A stretch of DNA of 32,000 nt, from NCBI RefSeq assembly GCF_000172995.2, contig NC_014736.1:150001-182000 (forward strand). The letters run 5' to 3'. The translations under genes and the position numbers were made by a program. Positions 1 to 7,223 of this stretch are shown here, in pieces. Below the pieces are notes generated by a model. That model ran no database searches. It had not been told where the DNA came from and saw only the letters and a program-made list of their open reading frames with translations. Within the stretch, counting starts at the first letter, position 1, and each line of letters begins with the position of its first letter. This DNA is from Halogeometricum borinquense DSM 11551. Its GTDB lineage: Archaea; Halobacteriota; Halobacteria; Halobacteriales; Haloferacaceae.

Positions 1-679
1 CAACACCACGGTCGTCCCACACTCGGACATCGGTCTTCCCGGACGCGACGTAGGGAAGGTCGTAGATGAGTGCCGACGAGTCGGTCGGTGCGTCACTCGT
101 GGCGACAAGGGCAACGTCACCGAACTCCGTAGCTGTCGTTGCGGACGGCGTTGCTAGCTGAACCTCGTCTGCAACGGGATCGAACCAACGCATACGGGTC
201 GCCGCCGCAGGGATACCGACCGCCGTAGACTGTGCGGGATTGTTCGTGATGTCGTTCTGCGTATCCGAGACGTTCATCTCGACTGACCGCCAGTGCGACT
301 GGCGGGTGCCAGCTTCCTCAAGTACCGCGCCAACATGCTGGAGGCTTCCAGCCGCAGTGGCGTCAAGTGGTTCTGACTGTCCAGAGTGGGCGACGTAGTA
401 CCCATCGTACTCGGTTGACTCACCGACGCCGAAGAACGGGATCACTCCGTAATCCGAATCGAGGAGTTCGCTAAACTGTGCAGCGAGGCGTCCCGCTCCG
501 TCGCCCCCGAGGAGAAACTCAAATCGGAGTTCACCCGGTTTGTGAGAGAGCGGTTTCGACATGAGGGCGCAGTCATCATTCGATACCGAGGAAACAGAGG
601 TCGTCTTGCGGTAGTCGCTATTTCCTAGCTGAACAATCCATTGATCACGCGTTGATAAGGTGTACAGTCTTCGTTTCAT
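1..679 (-). CDS. hypothetical protein, N-terminal ~226 codons (gene continues past the left window edge)
   Basis: ATG at 679-677 on the minus strand. I read the frame by hand down to nt 2 and found no in-frame stop. It starts 2 nt after the stop (681-683) of the upstream gene. It is absent from the ORF track only because it has no stop in the window. No family recognised. Confidence 0.55.
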   Translation of the reverse strand, partial: MKRRLYTLSTRDQWIVQLGNSDYRKTTSVSSVSNDDCALMSKPLSHKPGELRFEFLLGGDGAGRLAAQFSELLDSDYGVIPFFGVGESTEYDGYYVAHSGQSEPLDATAAGSLQHVGAVLEEAGTRQSHWRSVEMNVSDTQNDITNNPAQSTAVGIPAAATRMRWFDPVADEVQLATPSATTATEFGDVALVATSDAPTDSSALIYDLPYVASGKTDVRVWDDRGV

Positions 680-680
680 G

Positions 681-1307
681 TTAGAACTCCTCCTGTTCGG
701 TGAGCGCACCTGCTGGTTCGAGTGACCCAACAGGGACGCACGTGAGTGAAATTTCGACCGAGGACGCTTCGTCGGCTGCTTCGACGACGTGGGGGCCGTT
801 GGGGATGTAGACCGCCCGCGGTTCGCCGAACAGTCCCGGCTCACCGTCGGTTGTGTACGTGCCGTCGTGGTAGTGACCGAGATGGAGTGTCGCAGGGTTT
901 AACGAGTCCGTCGTCGCTTGCTCGATGTACCGGGACAGAACATCTGCTTGTGTTCGTGGTCCCGCACCGGTCGCATCGAGAGCAGTGAGCGTCGTTTCGT
1001 CGCCCGTGTTCCCCATCTGGAGATACTCGCCGTTATGAGTCGTCTCTGAGAGGGTGGCACGGATCTTGTACGGGACCTTTCCGCCGCCAGCATCGATAAT
1101 ATACGGCTGTCGGATGTCGTCTGGGGATCCGTCCGAAGGGAAATTGAGCGCGCGGTTGAGAACTTCGTCCGCCGGATTGACGGCGAACGATTTGTTGATG
1201 TCGCCAGTACAGTTGTAGTTCTTTGCCAACTCGAAGATGCCAGTTCGCTGTGCACCGTCGAGTCGGGCGTCGATTTCGAGAACGCAGTTGTTCAAGCGTG
1301 TAACCAT
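681..1307 (-). CDS. hypothetical protein (~208 aa)
   Basis: ORF 681..1337. The track start at 1337 is GTG; the in-frame ATG at 1307 (MVTRLNN...) is more likely. Acidic, Thr/Gly-rich composition. It abuts the next gene. No family recognised. Confidence 0.6.
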   Translation of the reverse strand: MVTRLNNCVLEIDARLDGAQRTGIFELAKNYNCTGDINKSFAVNPADEVLNRALNFPSDGSPDDIRQPYIIDAGGGKVPYKIRATLSETTHNGEYLQMGNTGDETTLTALDATGAGPRTQADVLSRYIEQATTDSLNPATLHLGHYHDGTYTTDGEPGLFGEPRAVYIPNGPHVVEAADEASSVEISLTCVPVGSLEPAGALTEQEEF

Positions 1308-1543
1308 TTGTGAGAGAATGTGGCGGTGTGACCCCACCGCCGCGGGTGTTCGTCTGCCGATTCCGTAACCTGTGATCCGTTGTATTCGTACCGCTCACGA
1401 GATTCCTATCGACGTCCCGAGATCGAACCCGAGTTTTCCGCTGCGGTCAGTGCCGTTCTTCGAATCTCGTTCCGTCCCAGTCAGACCTCGCTCGCGCGGA
1501 GAGTTGGGTCGCTTCCGCGCTCTCGGTCATCGGTCTGCATTGT

Positions 1544-1864
1544 TCAACGTTGGTCGTCGTCTCGAGACTGGACAGGTGGGTTACCACCTTGGATCATCGC
1601 CCACGCGGCGGCAAACTCGCCGTACTCGATCCCGAGTAGCGGGATGAGCAACGCGACTGTCCCGGCGAAGACGATTGTCGGGTCAGCGCCCTGTCGGGCG
1701 AGCGTGAAACCGTAGCCGAGGATTGCAGCGGCGAAGACGGCGTTCTTGACGAATTTCCATCGTTTGAGGTTCATTGGGGGACACCTCTGGCGAAGAAATT
1801 GATCGAGAGCACGATTCTGGTCGGTGAGTTCTGTGGGAACGAGTCCCTGTCGTGTTTTGGTCAT
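1544..1864 (-). CDS. small membrane protein (two predicted hydrophobic helices)
   Basis: ATG at 1864. Hydrophobic stretches AVFAAAILGYGFTL and IVFAGTVALLIPLLGI. Same strand as its neighbours. Confidence 0.5.
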   Translation of the reverse strand: MTKTRQGLVPTELTDQNRALDQFLRQRCPPMNLKRWKFVKNAVFAAAILGYGFTLARQGADPTIVFAGTVALLIPLLGIEYGEFAAAWAMIQGGNPPVQSRDDDQR

Positions 1865-1950
1865 GAGTCAAAGGTTGTGCGAACGTGATCGGGCAGCTGA
1901 ATCGAAACTCGGGGAATTGAGCGACAAAGAGGGAACACTGTCGCCAGCCG

Positions 1951-2445
1951 TCAGGCGGTCACCCGCTTTCGAGACGCCTCCGAAACACGCACGATGGCGT
2001 GCGACGTGCCAGCGGACAACGATTCAGTTACGCAATCGCCGTCATGGCGCGCCTGCAAGGCGTGAGAGGCGAACGCTTGCCGATCAAGCGTGATGCCCTT
2101 GTCTTCGAGAATCCGAATCGTCGCTTGCACGAGTCGTCGGAACTGTTCGGCGTTTACATCGGCCGTTTTGTTTTCGTCCTCGGGAAGCGGTTCATCGTCC
2201 CAGATGCGGACGTAACTGCCTTCGACGCCGCAGTCACACCAGATTCCTTTCGCGTCGGAGACGGCGTCTGCGGGTCCGTAGGCGACAGTCGTCGTTTTTC
2301 GGTTCCGAGCCCACTTCGATTCGCTGGTGGACGCGTCAGTACTGTACTGTCGTTCCGGGCGGTTACGCTCGACGCGGATGCGTCGATGACAGTTCAGGCA
2401 GACGTCTGGCGCGTTGAACACGCGTTTTTGGAGTATCTCGTGCAT
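1951..2445 (-). CDS. Cys-motif (CxxC ... CxC) protein, possible zinc ribbon; function unknown
   Basis: ORF 1951..2472. The track start is TTG; an ATG lies at 2445 (MHEILQKR...). Motifs CLNC and CDC. Acidic C-terminal half. Confidence 0.55.
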   Translation of the reverse strand: MHEILQKRVFNAPDVCLNCHRRIRVERNRPERQYSTDASTSESKWARNRKTTTVAYGPADAVSDAKGIWCDCGVEGSYVRIWDDEPLPEDENKTADVNAEQFRRLVQATIRILEDKGITLDRQAFASHALQARHDGDCVTESLSAGTSHAIVRVSEASRKRVTA

Positions 2446-2599
2446 GGTCTCGAATCTCGTGTCTGATTTCAAAGAAGCAGCTACGGCCCCACTTTCGGGT
2501 GGTCACGTCCCCGTGGTGGTTGGCCACTCACGGCGGGTGTCTGCGTACCTATTACTTTATTCTGGACTAGAAAAAGCGCTCTGCTAGCGGTCTAAATGC

Positions 2600-2854
2600 C
2601 TATTCTTCGTCGGGAACCGAGATGGTGTACACCCGCTGTCGAGCGTCCTCGAACGACGGGTGCGAAACGACCACACCGAGGTCTTCGAGGCGGGTCAGTG
2701 CGTGCCGAACCGTCCGCGGAGCGAGTGTCGTTTCCTCGATAATCCCCTGTTGGGTAAGCTCATCCTCAGCTCGATCCATGACGAGGTAGACGAGTTTCGC
2801 GCTTGGGGTGAGATCTTCGAGCCGCCCATCGTCGAGGTCGTATAGTGTACTCAT
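2600..2854 (-). CDS. small winged-helix DNA-binding protein (84 aa, MarR/TrmB-like wHTH)
   Basis: Pattern SAKLVYLVM...LTQQGIIEETTLAPRTVRHALTRLEDLGVV is typical of a wHTH. Its ATG overlaps the stop of the upstream gene (ATGA at 2851-2854). Confidence 0.7.
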   Translation of the reverse strand: MSTLYDLDDGRLEDLTPSAKLVYLVMDRAEDELTQQGIIEETTLAPRTVRHALTRLEDLGVVVSHPSFEDARQRVYTISVPDEE

Positions 2855-3339
2855 ACGCTTGTCTCCAGTTCGCCGGTTTCATTCGAACACCACGCGACCT
2901 CTTTCGGCATCGGATCACACGTGATGACCGCTTCGGTGACCGCCCGAAGATAGTCTTCGGTTGCCGCACAAAGGTCGTCTTCGGTCGCCGTACGAAGATA
3001 GTCAGCGTCGCCAGCGTACACGCTTGCTGGGATACTCGTCGTTCGGACAGTTGTGCCGATGCGGTGCCGCGCGGTGAACGTCGGTTGCCGTCGCCGGCGG
3101 TGTGTTCGTTGTCGCTGCTGTGTCTGTTGCTGTCTTCGTGTCCACTGTTGCTCTTGTGCCGGTCGTCGGGGTCGCATTCTCTGCCGGCGTTGTATCCTTT
3201 GTCGGTGTTGTATCTTCTGCCGGTGCTGTATCCTCTGTCGGTGTTGTTCTGTCGTCTTGGGCGTGTTATTGTCTGCTCTCGTCGTCATCGGAGGTTCGTG
3301 TCGGGTGGATGTCGGGTACCCGTCTCGTCCCGTTCTCAT
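2851..3339 (-). CDS. Arg/Gln-rich repeat protein with acidic C-terminal domain; function unknown
   Basis: This is the only frame with a start codon (ATG at 3339 or 3288) that runs through to the ATGA junction with the wHTH gene. The central tract is IQHRQ(R/K) hexapeptide repeats. The C-terminus is acidic with a halophile-like composition. Start and frame in the repeat tract are uncertain. Confidence 0.45.
   Translation of the reverse strand: MRTGRDGYPTSTRHEPPMTTRADNNTPKTTEQHRQRIQHRQKIQHRQRIQRRQRMRPRRPAQEQQWTRRQQQTQQRQRTHRRRRQPTFTARHRIGTTVRTTSIPASVYAGDADYLRTATEDDLCAATEDYLRAVTEAVITCDPMPKEVAWCSNETGELETSV
3182..3253. repeat. 18-bp tandem repeat x4 (tgYCGGYGYTGTATCYTY)
   Basis: Units read directly at 3182-3199, 3200-3217, 3218-3235 and 3236-3253. 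Confidence 0.9.
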
Positions 3340-3359
3340 CTACTCGTCCGACCACCGAT

Positions 3360-3592
3360 CTTACAGGTGTTGTAAGGCGCTTTTTTCGCGTCTCTGTTTC
3401 TCTATCGCGGAAGAAAGACGCAGAAAAAGACGCACCATACACTAACAGGGCGAGCTTACGCAAGCACAGTCGTGTATCGGTCCAAACGTGGTTTATTTGG
3501 GCGGTGGAATACCGCGGAAGAGTACCTTGCCGAGAGCGTGAGTGAGGGCCGTATAACACCTTTCTCCCTTGGACAGCCTTACAACACCTGTA
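3360..3592. repeat. 16-nt perfect inverted repeat pair bounding a ~200-bp ORF-free spacer
   Basis: TACAGGTGTTGTAAGG at 3362-3377 is the exact reverse complement of CCTTACAACACCTGTA at 3577-3592. The left copy is itself a hairpin (CTTACA ggtgt TGTAAG, 3360-3376) followed by T6 at 3381-3386. Confidence 0.85.
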
Positions 3593-3611
3593 CGGTTCTT
3601 TTCTGTCGAGT

Positions 3612-4385
3612 TCATTCCGTATGTACCCCAAGTTTGAGTCGCCATACCCCGTTGGTCTTCTTCACTTTGGAGTAGCGCGTGGAGTCGTCTGTCCAGTCGT
3701 CGATCTGGTCGAGTACACGTTTCACCTGCGTGGACTGTAATGACTCGTTTCGGGCGATTTCGAGCCTCTCTTTCACGTTACCGGCGTGCAGTAAAACGGC
3801 CGACCCGTTAGCGTCCGTCTTGACCGTTCCCCAGTCGGCGAGGTTCTGCAAGACGAGTTCGGCCCGTTCGTGTTTACCGTACACTTTCGACTCGACGGAC
3901 GCGACACCGTCTTTGACGACCTTTGCGACTTTATCGTCGCCGGGAACGGAGTCGAGGAGTTCAATATCGGTCTCATCAGCGAGATGGGTCACCTGTCGTT
4001 TGATGCGGGCAATGTCACGTTTGACCGACTGGTGGTTCCTGATCTGTTTCTCGCGGATGGCGTCGATCTGGGTGGTCTCCACTGAATCGGACAGAGAGAG
4101 AACGGCATCACCAATCGATTCGTGGTCGAGGTGCGCGAGAAGTTCCGAGGAGAGCCACTCGCCGAGGATGGCGTTTTCGAGGTCGAGAACGTAGTTTCGG
4201 AGCCACTCGTGGTCGTCTTCGAGTTCTTCGATGCGTTCGTTCTTCGCGTCGAGTTCCCGGTGCAGACGTTCGTTCTCCGCTTCGAGATCGTCAAGGCGGG
4301 ATTCGAGGTCGTTGAGGGAGGATTCGAGGGCGTCGAAGCGGTCGTCAGTCTGTGCGTTGGTCGTCGGATGGTGGCTCGTGGACAT
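3612..4385 (-). CDS. coiled-coil protein, function unknown
   Basis: ORF 3612..4403. The track start is GTG; an ATG lies at 4385 (MSTSHHPTT...). The N-terminal region LNDLESRLDDLEAENERLHRELDAKNERIEELEDD is heptad-like. Very acidic. Confidence 0.6.
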   Translation of the reverse strand: MSTSHHPTTNAQTDDRFDALESSLNDLESRLDDLEAENERLHRELDAKNERIEELEDDHEWLRNYVLDLENAILGEWLSSELLAHLDHESIGDAVLSLSDSVETTQIDAIREKQIRNHQSVKRDIARIKRQVTHLADETDIELLDSVPGDDKVAKVVKDGVASVESKVYGKHERAELVLQNLADWGTVKTDANGSAVLLHAGNVKERLEIARNESLQSTQVKRVLDQIDDWTDDSTRYSKVKKTNGVWRLKLGVHTE

Positions 4386-4540
4386 TGTGATATTGCTGAT
4401 CACTCTTGCTTGGCGTCCGATGCTGTCTGTTCCAACCCAACTTGACGACGCGCAGATGCACGGCTAGTCGAAACCCATCTGAGCGCTGCTGATCTGTGCC
4501 GTGGCGTCGTGATCTCGCCCCGCGTGTTCTCCGGTCATGA

Positions 4541-5281
4541 TCACGTTCTCGCGATTCTGGGCGCAAGGAAGTTTGTCACCGCAACGTTCCCTTCACTCAG
4601 TTCGTAGAACCATGTGAGCGGGAATTCGTCACCGACCTTGACGACCACCTCGGTATCGTTTTCAATGGGATCGACGAGTTCGGTCAGGTACCCGATAGAG
4701 AACAGCGATGACACGGCTTCGGGGATGTCCGTCTGCAAATCCTCGGAGTCCATACGAATTGAGACATCGTCAGTATCCCCTTCTGCTGTTGCGCGGAACT
4801 CACCGCTCTCGGCATCACCCTCGAATCGGGTGTGGTCGCTTGCGAGATCACATCCTTTGATTCCGCGTTCGAGACGATGACCGTAGACACGGATGCGTGC
4901 TGGAAAGTCAACTTCCGCGATGTCCGGCTCTCGCCGGATACTCTCGGGGTCGATCAGCCCGAGGTCGTAGCCGAATCCGTCGTACTCGATTTCGAGTTTT
5001 CGAGTCTCTGTGTTGAGTTCGAGTAAGACGAGATCACCCGTACTCGCAAAGCCGAGTGCATCATCCAACTTTTCGAGGTTGATTCCGAGAACCTCTCCGT
5101 CGGTCTCAAACGACTCGCAACCGTCCGAGGCGAGCGTCGTCTCAACCTGCGCAACCTGGGCTGGATCGGTGGCAGTGATGCGAAGATGGTCCTCAGTACA
5201 GCGGAGCCGGCACTCGTGGACAACCGCCATAGCGACGTTGAGGAACGTCTGCAGACGAGAGTACTCGACGATAACGTTCAT
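4541..5281 (-). CDS. pcn: PCNA (DNA polymerase sliding clamp) paralogue, divergent
   Basis: 246 aa, the usual archaeal PCNA length. Blocks shared with haloarchaeal PCNA as I remember it: ETRKLEI..DG..Y.L.LIDPESIRREPDI, AEGDTDDV, SLFS.GYL, GDEFP, and a C-terminal LAPRI. Confidence 0.85.
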   Translation of the reverse strand: MNVIVEYSRLQTFLNVAMAVVHECRLRCTEDHLRITATDPAQVAQVETTLASDGCESFETDGEVLGINLEKLDDALGFASTGDLVLLELNTETRKLEIEYDGFGYDLGLIDPESIRREPDIAEVDFPARIRVYGHRLERGIKGCDLASDHTRFEGDAESGEFRATAEGDTDDVSIRMDSEDLQTDIPEAVSSLFSIGYLTELVDPIENDTEVVVKVGDEFPLTWFYELSEGNVAVTNFLAPRIART

Positions 5282-5560
5282 TCAGGCGACCTCCTCGAGA
5301 TCGACAGTGACCGTACTCGACAACCAGCGACCGTCGTTCGTTCCAATGACGTAATCCTCGGGAGAGACGATGTATCGACCGGTCGGTGTCGAACCACCAC
5401 AAAGTTCGACCGGTGCCGGATCACTACAGAGTTCGGTTGATGCCGGATCACCACAAAGTTCGACCGGTGCCGGATCACCACAGAGTTCAGTCGCTGTCTC
5501 GTCGCTGTCGAGGTTCTCGAAGACGTTTTCATCGAACGACGCCAGCCGGTCGTGACTCAT
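5282..5560 (-). CDS. 92-aa acidic miniprotein with four ELCGDPAPV-type Cys repeats
   Basis: ATG at 5560 (MSHDRLASFDEN...). The longer track ORF to 5698 is basic and implausible. Its TGA (5282-5284) directly abuts the PCNA ATG (5281-5279). Confidence 0.55.
   Translation of the reverse strand: MSHDRLASFDENVFENLDSDETATELCGDPAPVELCGDPASTELCSDPAPVELCGGSTPTGRYIVSPEDYVIGTNDGRWLSSTVTVDLEEVA
5397..5490. repeat. 27-bp tandem repeat, about 3.5 copies
   Basis: Units 5397-5423 and 5451-5477 are identical (ccacaaagttcgaccggtgccggatca). Unit 5424-5450 is diverged. A partial unit starts at 5478. Confidence 0.9.
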
Positions 5561-5790
5561 TGATCGCACCCCTGGATGAGCGTTCGCTGACTCTGGTCTG
5601 TGGCAGGGCAGCGGACCGTGCCACGTGATTCGAGACTGCCGAGAGTAGGGTCGGAGTGTCTTACGAGAGACATATTCAACAAATCCGCCCGGTCGCATAT
5701 AAGCGACTGTCCCGCGTTTCTAGAAATAACCCCTATTCTGGGAATAGGCGTGCTGAAACCGTGGAGAATACGTGTGCAAGACGATTTTCC

Positions 5791-5795
5791 AAAAA
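5791..5795 (-). terminator. oligo-T (T5) tract 5 nt after the orc-like stop codon
   Basis: The minus strand reads TGA atcgc TTTTT. Archaeal termination commonly uses oligo-T tracts. Confidence 0.3.
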
Positions 5796-5800
5796 GCGAT

Positions 5801-6820
5801 TCACGAAAAAGATTCTATTTTTTGATACTTTCTGTTACGAGTTGAGCCGACGGATTCGACGAGATTGTAATCTTCGAGTTTGCCAAGGTACGTCGTCGTC
5901 GTCCGGCGAGTAACAGGATCAAAACCCCGGTTTGCGCACTCTGCTTCGTATAGTTCGTGGACACGCCGAGGTGCGATACTGTCGTGATCGCGGACGATGT
6001 CGAGCATGAGACGTTCGTGCGTTCCGAGTCGGTCGGATGCTTTCTGGCGAATGAGATCAGCGGCGTCGCCAACTGCCGGACCGATGTCGGTCATGGTGAC
6101 GCGTTCGTCGCCACGTTGGTGGGCACGAAGAGCAGCCTCGCGGAGTGAGACAATGGCGTGGCGTGCGTTTCCGCCAGCCCGGTCGGCAATCTCTTCGAGG
6201 ACGGAGTCGCTCACTGTCCCATCGACGAGTCCTTGGCGACGGCGCGGTTCCAGGATGGAAACAAGGTCGGTGACCGAATAGGAATCGAAGGCAACGCGTG
6301 TGTTGATAGCGAGACGGGACGAGACGTGTGAATCGAGATTTGCCATCAGCCTGTCTTCGTCGTTCGCAATAAGAACGAGACCAGCATCGAGGGAGGCAAA
6401 ATCGCGGAGCAATCCAAGGTCGGACAGCATCTCGACTTCGTCGACGATGAGAACAGTCGGGTGAGAGATGGCATCGCGGATGGCGTCGAGGAGATCTCCA
6501 CGCGATGGAGTCCGCGCAGTTATTGTTGCCCCGCCGAGTTGGTCGAGTACTCGCTGTAGCGTCCGTGTTGTTGTTCGCGCATCCCACGCATCAACGTACG
6601 CGCTTTTGGTAGCGATCTCTTGCTGTAGTTGGTCGACAGCGTACCGAGCAGTCACAGTTTTCCCCGACCCGGATGCGCCAGTGAGAAGAGCGTTCCGTGG
6701 CCGGTAGCCGTCGAGAGCGCAACTCAACGCTCGGGAGAGTTCGTTCAGTTCGCGGTGACGACGCCGGAGGTCGCCAGGGACGAACTCATCCACGTCGAAT
6801 ACATCTTCTCGAATAATCAT
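5801..6820 (-). CDS. Orc1/Cdc6-family AAA+ initiator-like protein, short form (339 aa)
   Basis: Walker A LTGASGSGKT, Walker B LIVDEVE, and a C-terminal winged-helix-like segment TYLGKLEDYNLVESVGSTRNRKY. The N-terminus VPGDLRRRHRELNEL resembles the Orc1 (V)P..L..RE.E motif. Confidence 0.85.
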   Translation of the reverse strand: MIIREDVFDVDEFVPGDLRRRHRELNELSRALSCALDGYRPRNALLTGASGSGKTVTARYAVDQLQQEIATKSAYVDAWDARTTTRTLQRVLDQLGGATITARTPSRGDLLDAIRDAISHPTVLIVDEVEMLSDLGLLRDFASLDAGLVLIANDEDRLMANLDSHVSSRLAINTRVAFDSYSVTDLVSILEPRRRQGLVDGTVSDSVLEEIADRAGGNARHAIVSLREAALRAHQRGDERVTMTDIGPAVGDAADLIRQKASDRLGTHERLMLDIVRDHDSIAPRRVHELYEAECANRGFDPVTRRTTTTYLGKLEDYNLVESVGSTRNRKYQKIESFS

Positions 6821-6845
6821 ATTCCCGATGACGTACCCTAGATTT

Positions 6846-6851
6846 GATATA
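6846..6851 (-). promoter_or_regulatory. TATA-like box (TATATC) about 28 nt upstream of the orc-like ATG
   Basis: The minus strand reads cgTATATCaaatc...ATG. The spacing fits a leaderless haloarchaeal transcript. Confidence 0.35.
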
Positions 6852-6919
6852 CGCTTACCGTCCGGTGAAAGTGATTATGAGAACTGTCGGAAGGGTGAAT
6901 CTGTCTAAAGCCAGCAGAA

Positions 6920-6939
6920 GTCTGTCTGTCTGTCTGTCT
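6920..6939. repeat. (GTCT)5 tetranucleotide microsatellite
   Basis: Read directly: gtct gtct gtct gtct gtct. It lies in the divergent spacer between the orc-like gene and the 6978 ORF. Confidence 0.95.
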
Positions 6940-6977
6940 ACATCGTGTCTGGGAAATGTAGTCAACAAATTTATGAT

Positions 6978-7223
6978 ATGTCGGACACAGTAACATATGA
7001 TATGAGTGAAACTGAAGCTCCAGAAGAGCGTATCGAGGAAACCACTACCTGGCCGGACCTAGCTGTCAGCCTTTACGACCGGCTTACGGGCCGTGGTGCC
7101 GAGATAATCTACGAGTTCGAGGATATGCATGTTGACGTGCCGAGCGGTACCGGCGAGGACGCCGAACACGCTCACTGGCGACTCAACGGCACTGTCCGCG
7201 TGACGACCCGTGAGCAAGACTGA
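6978..7223 (+). CDS. small acidic hypothetical protein (~81 aa)
   Basis: ORF 6945..7223. The track start is GTG; ATGs lie at 6978 and 7002. Strongly acidic halophile-like composition. Confidence 0.45.
   Translation: MSDTVTYDMSETEAPEERIEETTTWPDLAVSLYDRLTGRGAEIIYEFEDMHVDVPSGTGEDAEHAHWRLNGTVRVTTREQD

Larger units (their letters stand above)
1..6820 (-). mobile_element. candidate provirus / plasmid-derived replicon module (partial; borders unknown)
   Basis: Ten co-directional, tightly coupled minus-strand genes. They include a private Orc1/Cdc6 and PCNA, a wHTH protein and many ORFans. No integrase, att repeat or tRNA is visible in the window. Confidence 0.4.

Noticed and set aside
1416-1433. 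cccgagatcgaacccgag resembles the reverse complement of a tRNA T-arm (GGTTCGATC), which could be a tRNA or att remnant at a provirus border.
   Set aside because: The two CCGAG arms are direct repeats, not complementary, so no T-stem forms. No acceptor or anticodon arms could be built around it.
3001-3262. A Thr/Pro/Asp/Glu-rich alternative minus-strand frame across the 18-bp repeats, which looks more halophile-like than the Arg/Gln frame.
   Set aside because: A stop lies just upstream (TAA) and no start codon follows it. The frame terminates at 3001 before reaching the acidic C-terminal domain, so it would need two frameshifts. It is kept only as a caveat in the corresponding finding.
4464-4538. 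A 24-codon micro-ORF (MTGEHAGRDHDATAQISSAQMGFD) starting 2 nt after the PCNA stop.
   Set aside because: It is too short to support from sequence alone and has no recognisable motif. It could be chance in a 137-nt spacer.
5720-5732. A recurrent CTAGAAATA motif (5720, 15916, 30916) and a shared 12-mer TAGAAATAACCC (5721 and 20999) in AT-rich spacers.
   Set aside because: Dozens of 12-mer coincidences are expected by chance among all position pairs in 32 kb on both strands, and 9-mers are far commoner still. The motif is probably just TATA-like AT-rich promoter sequence.
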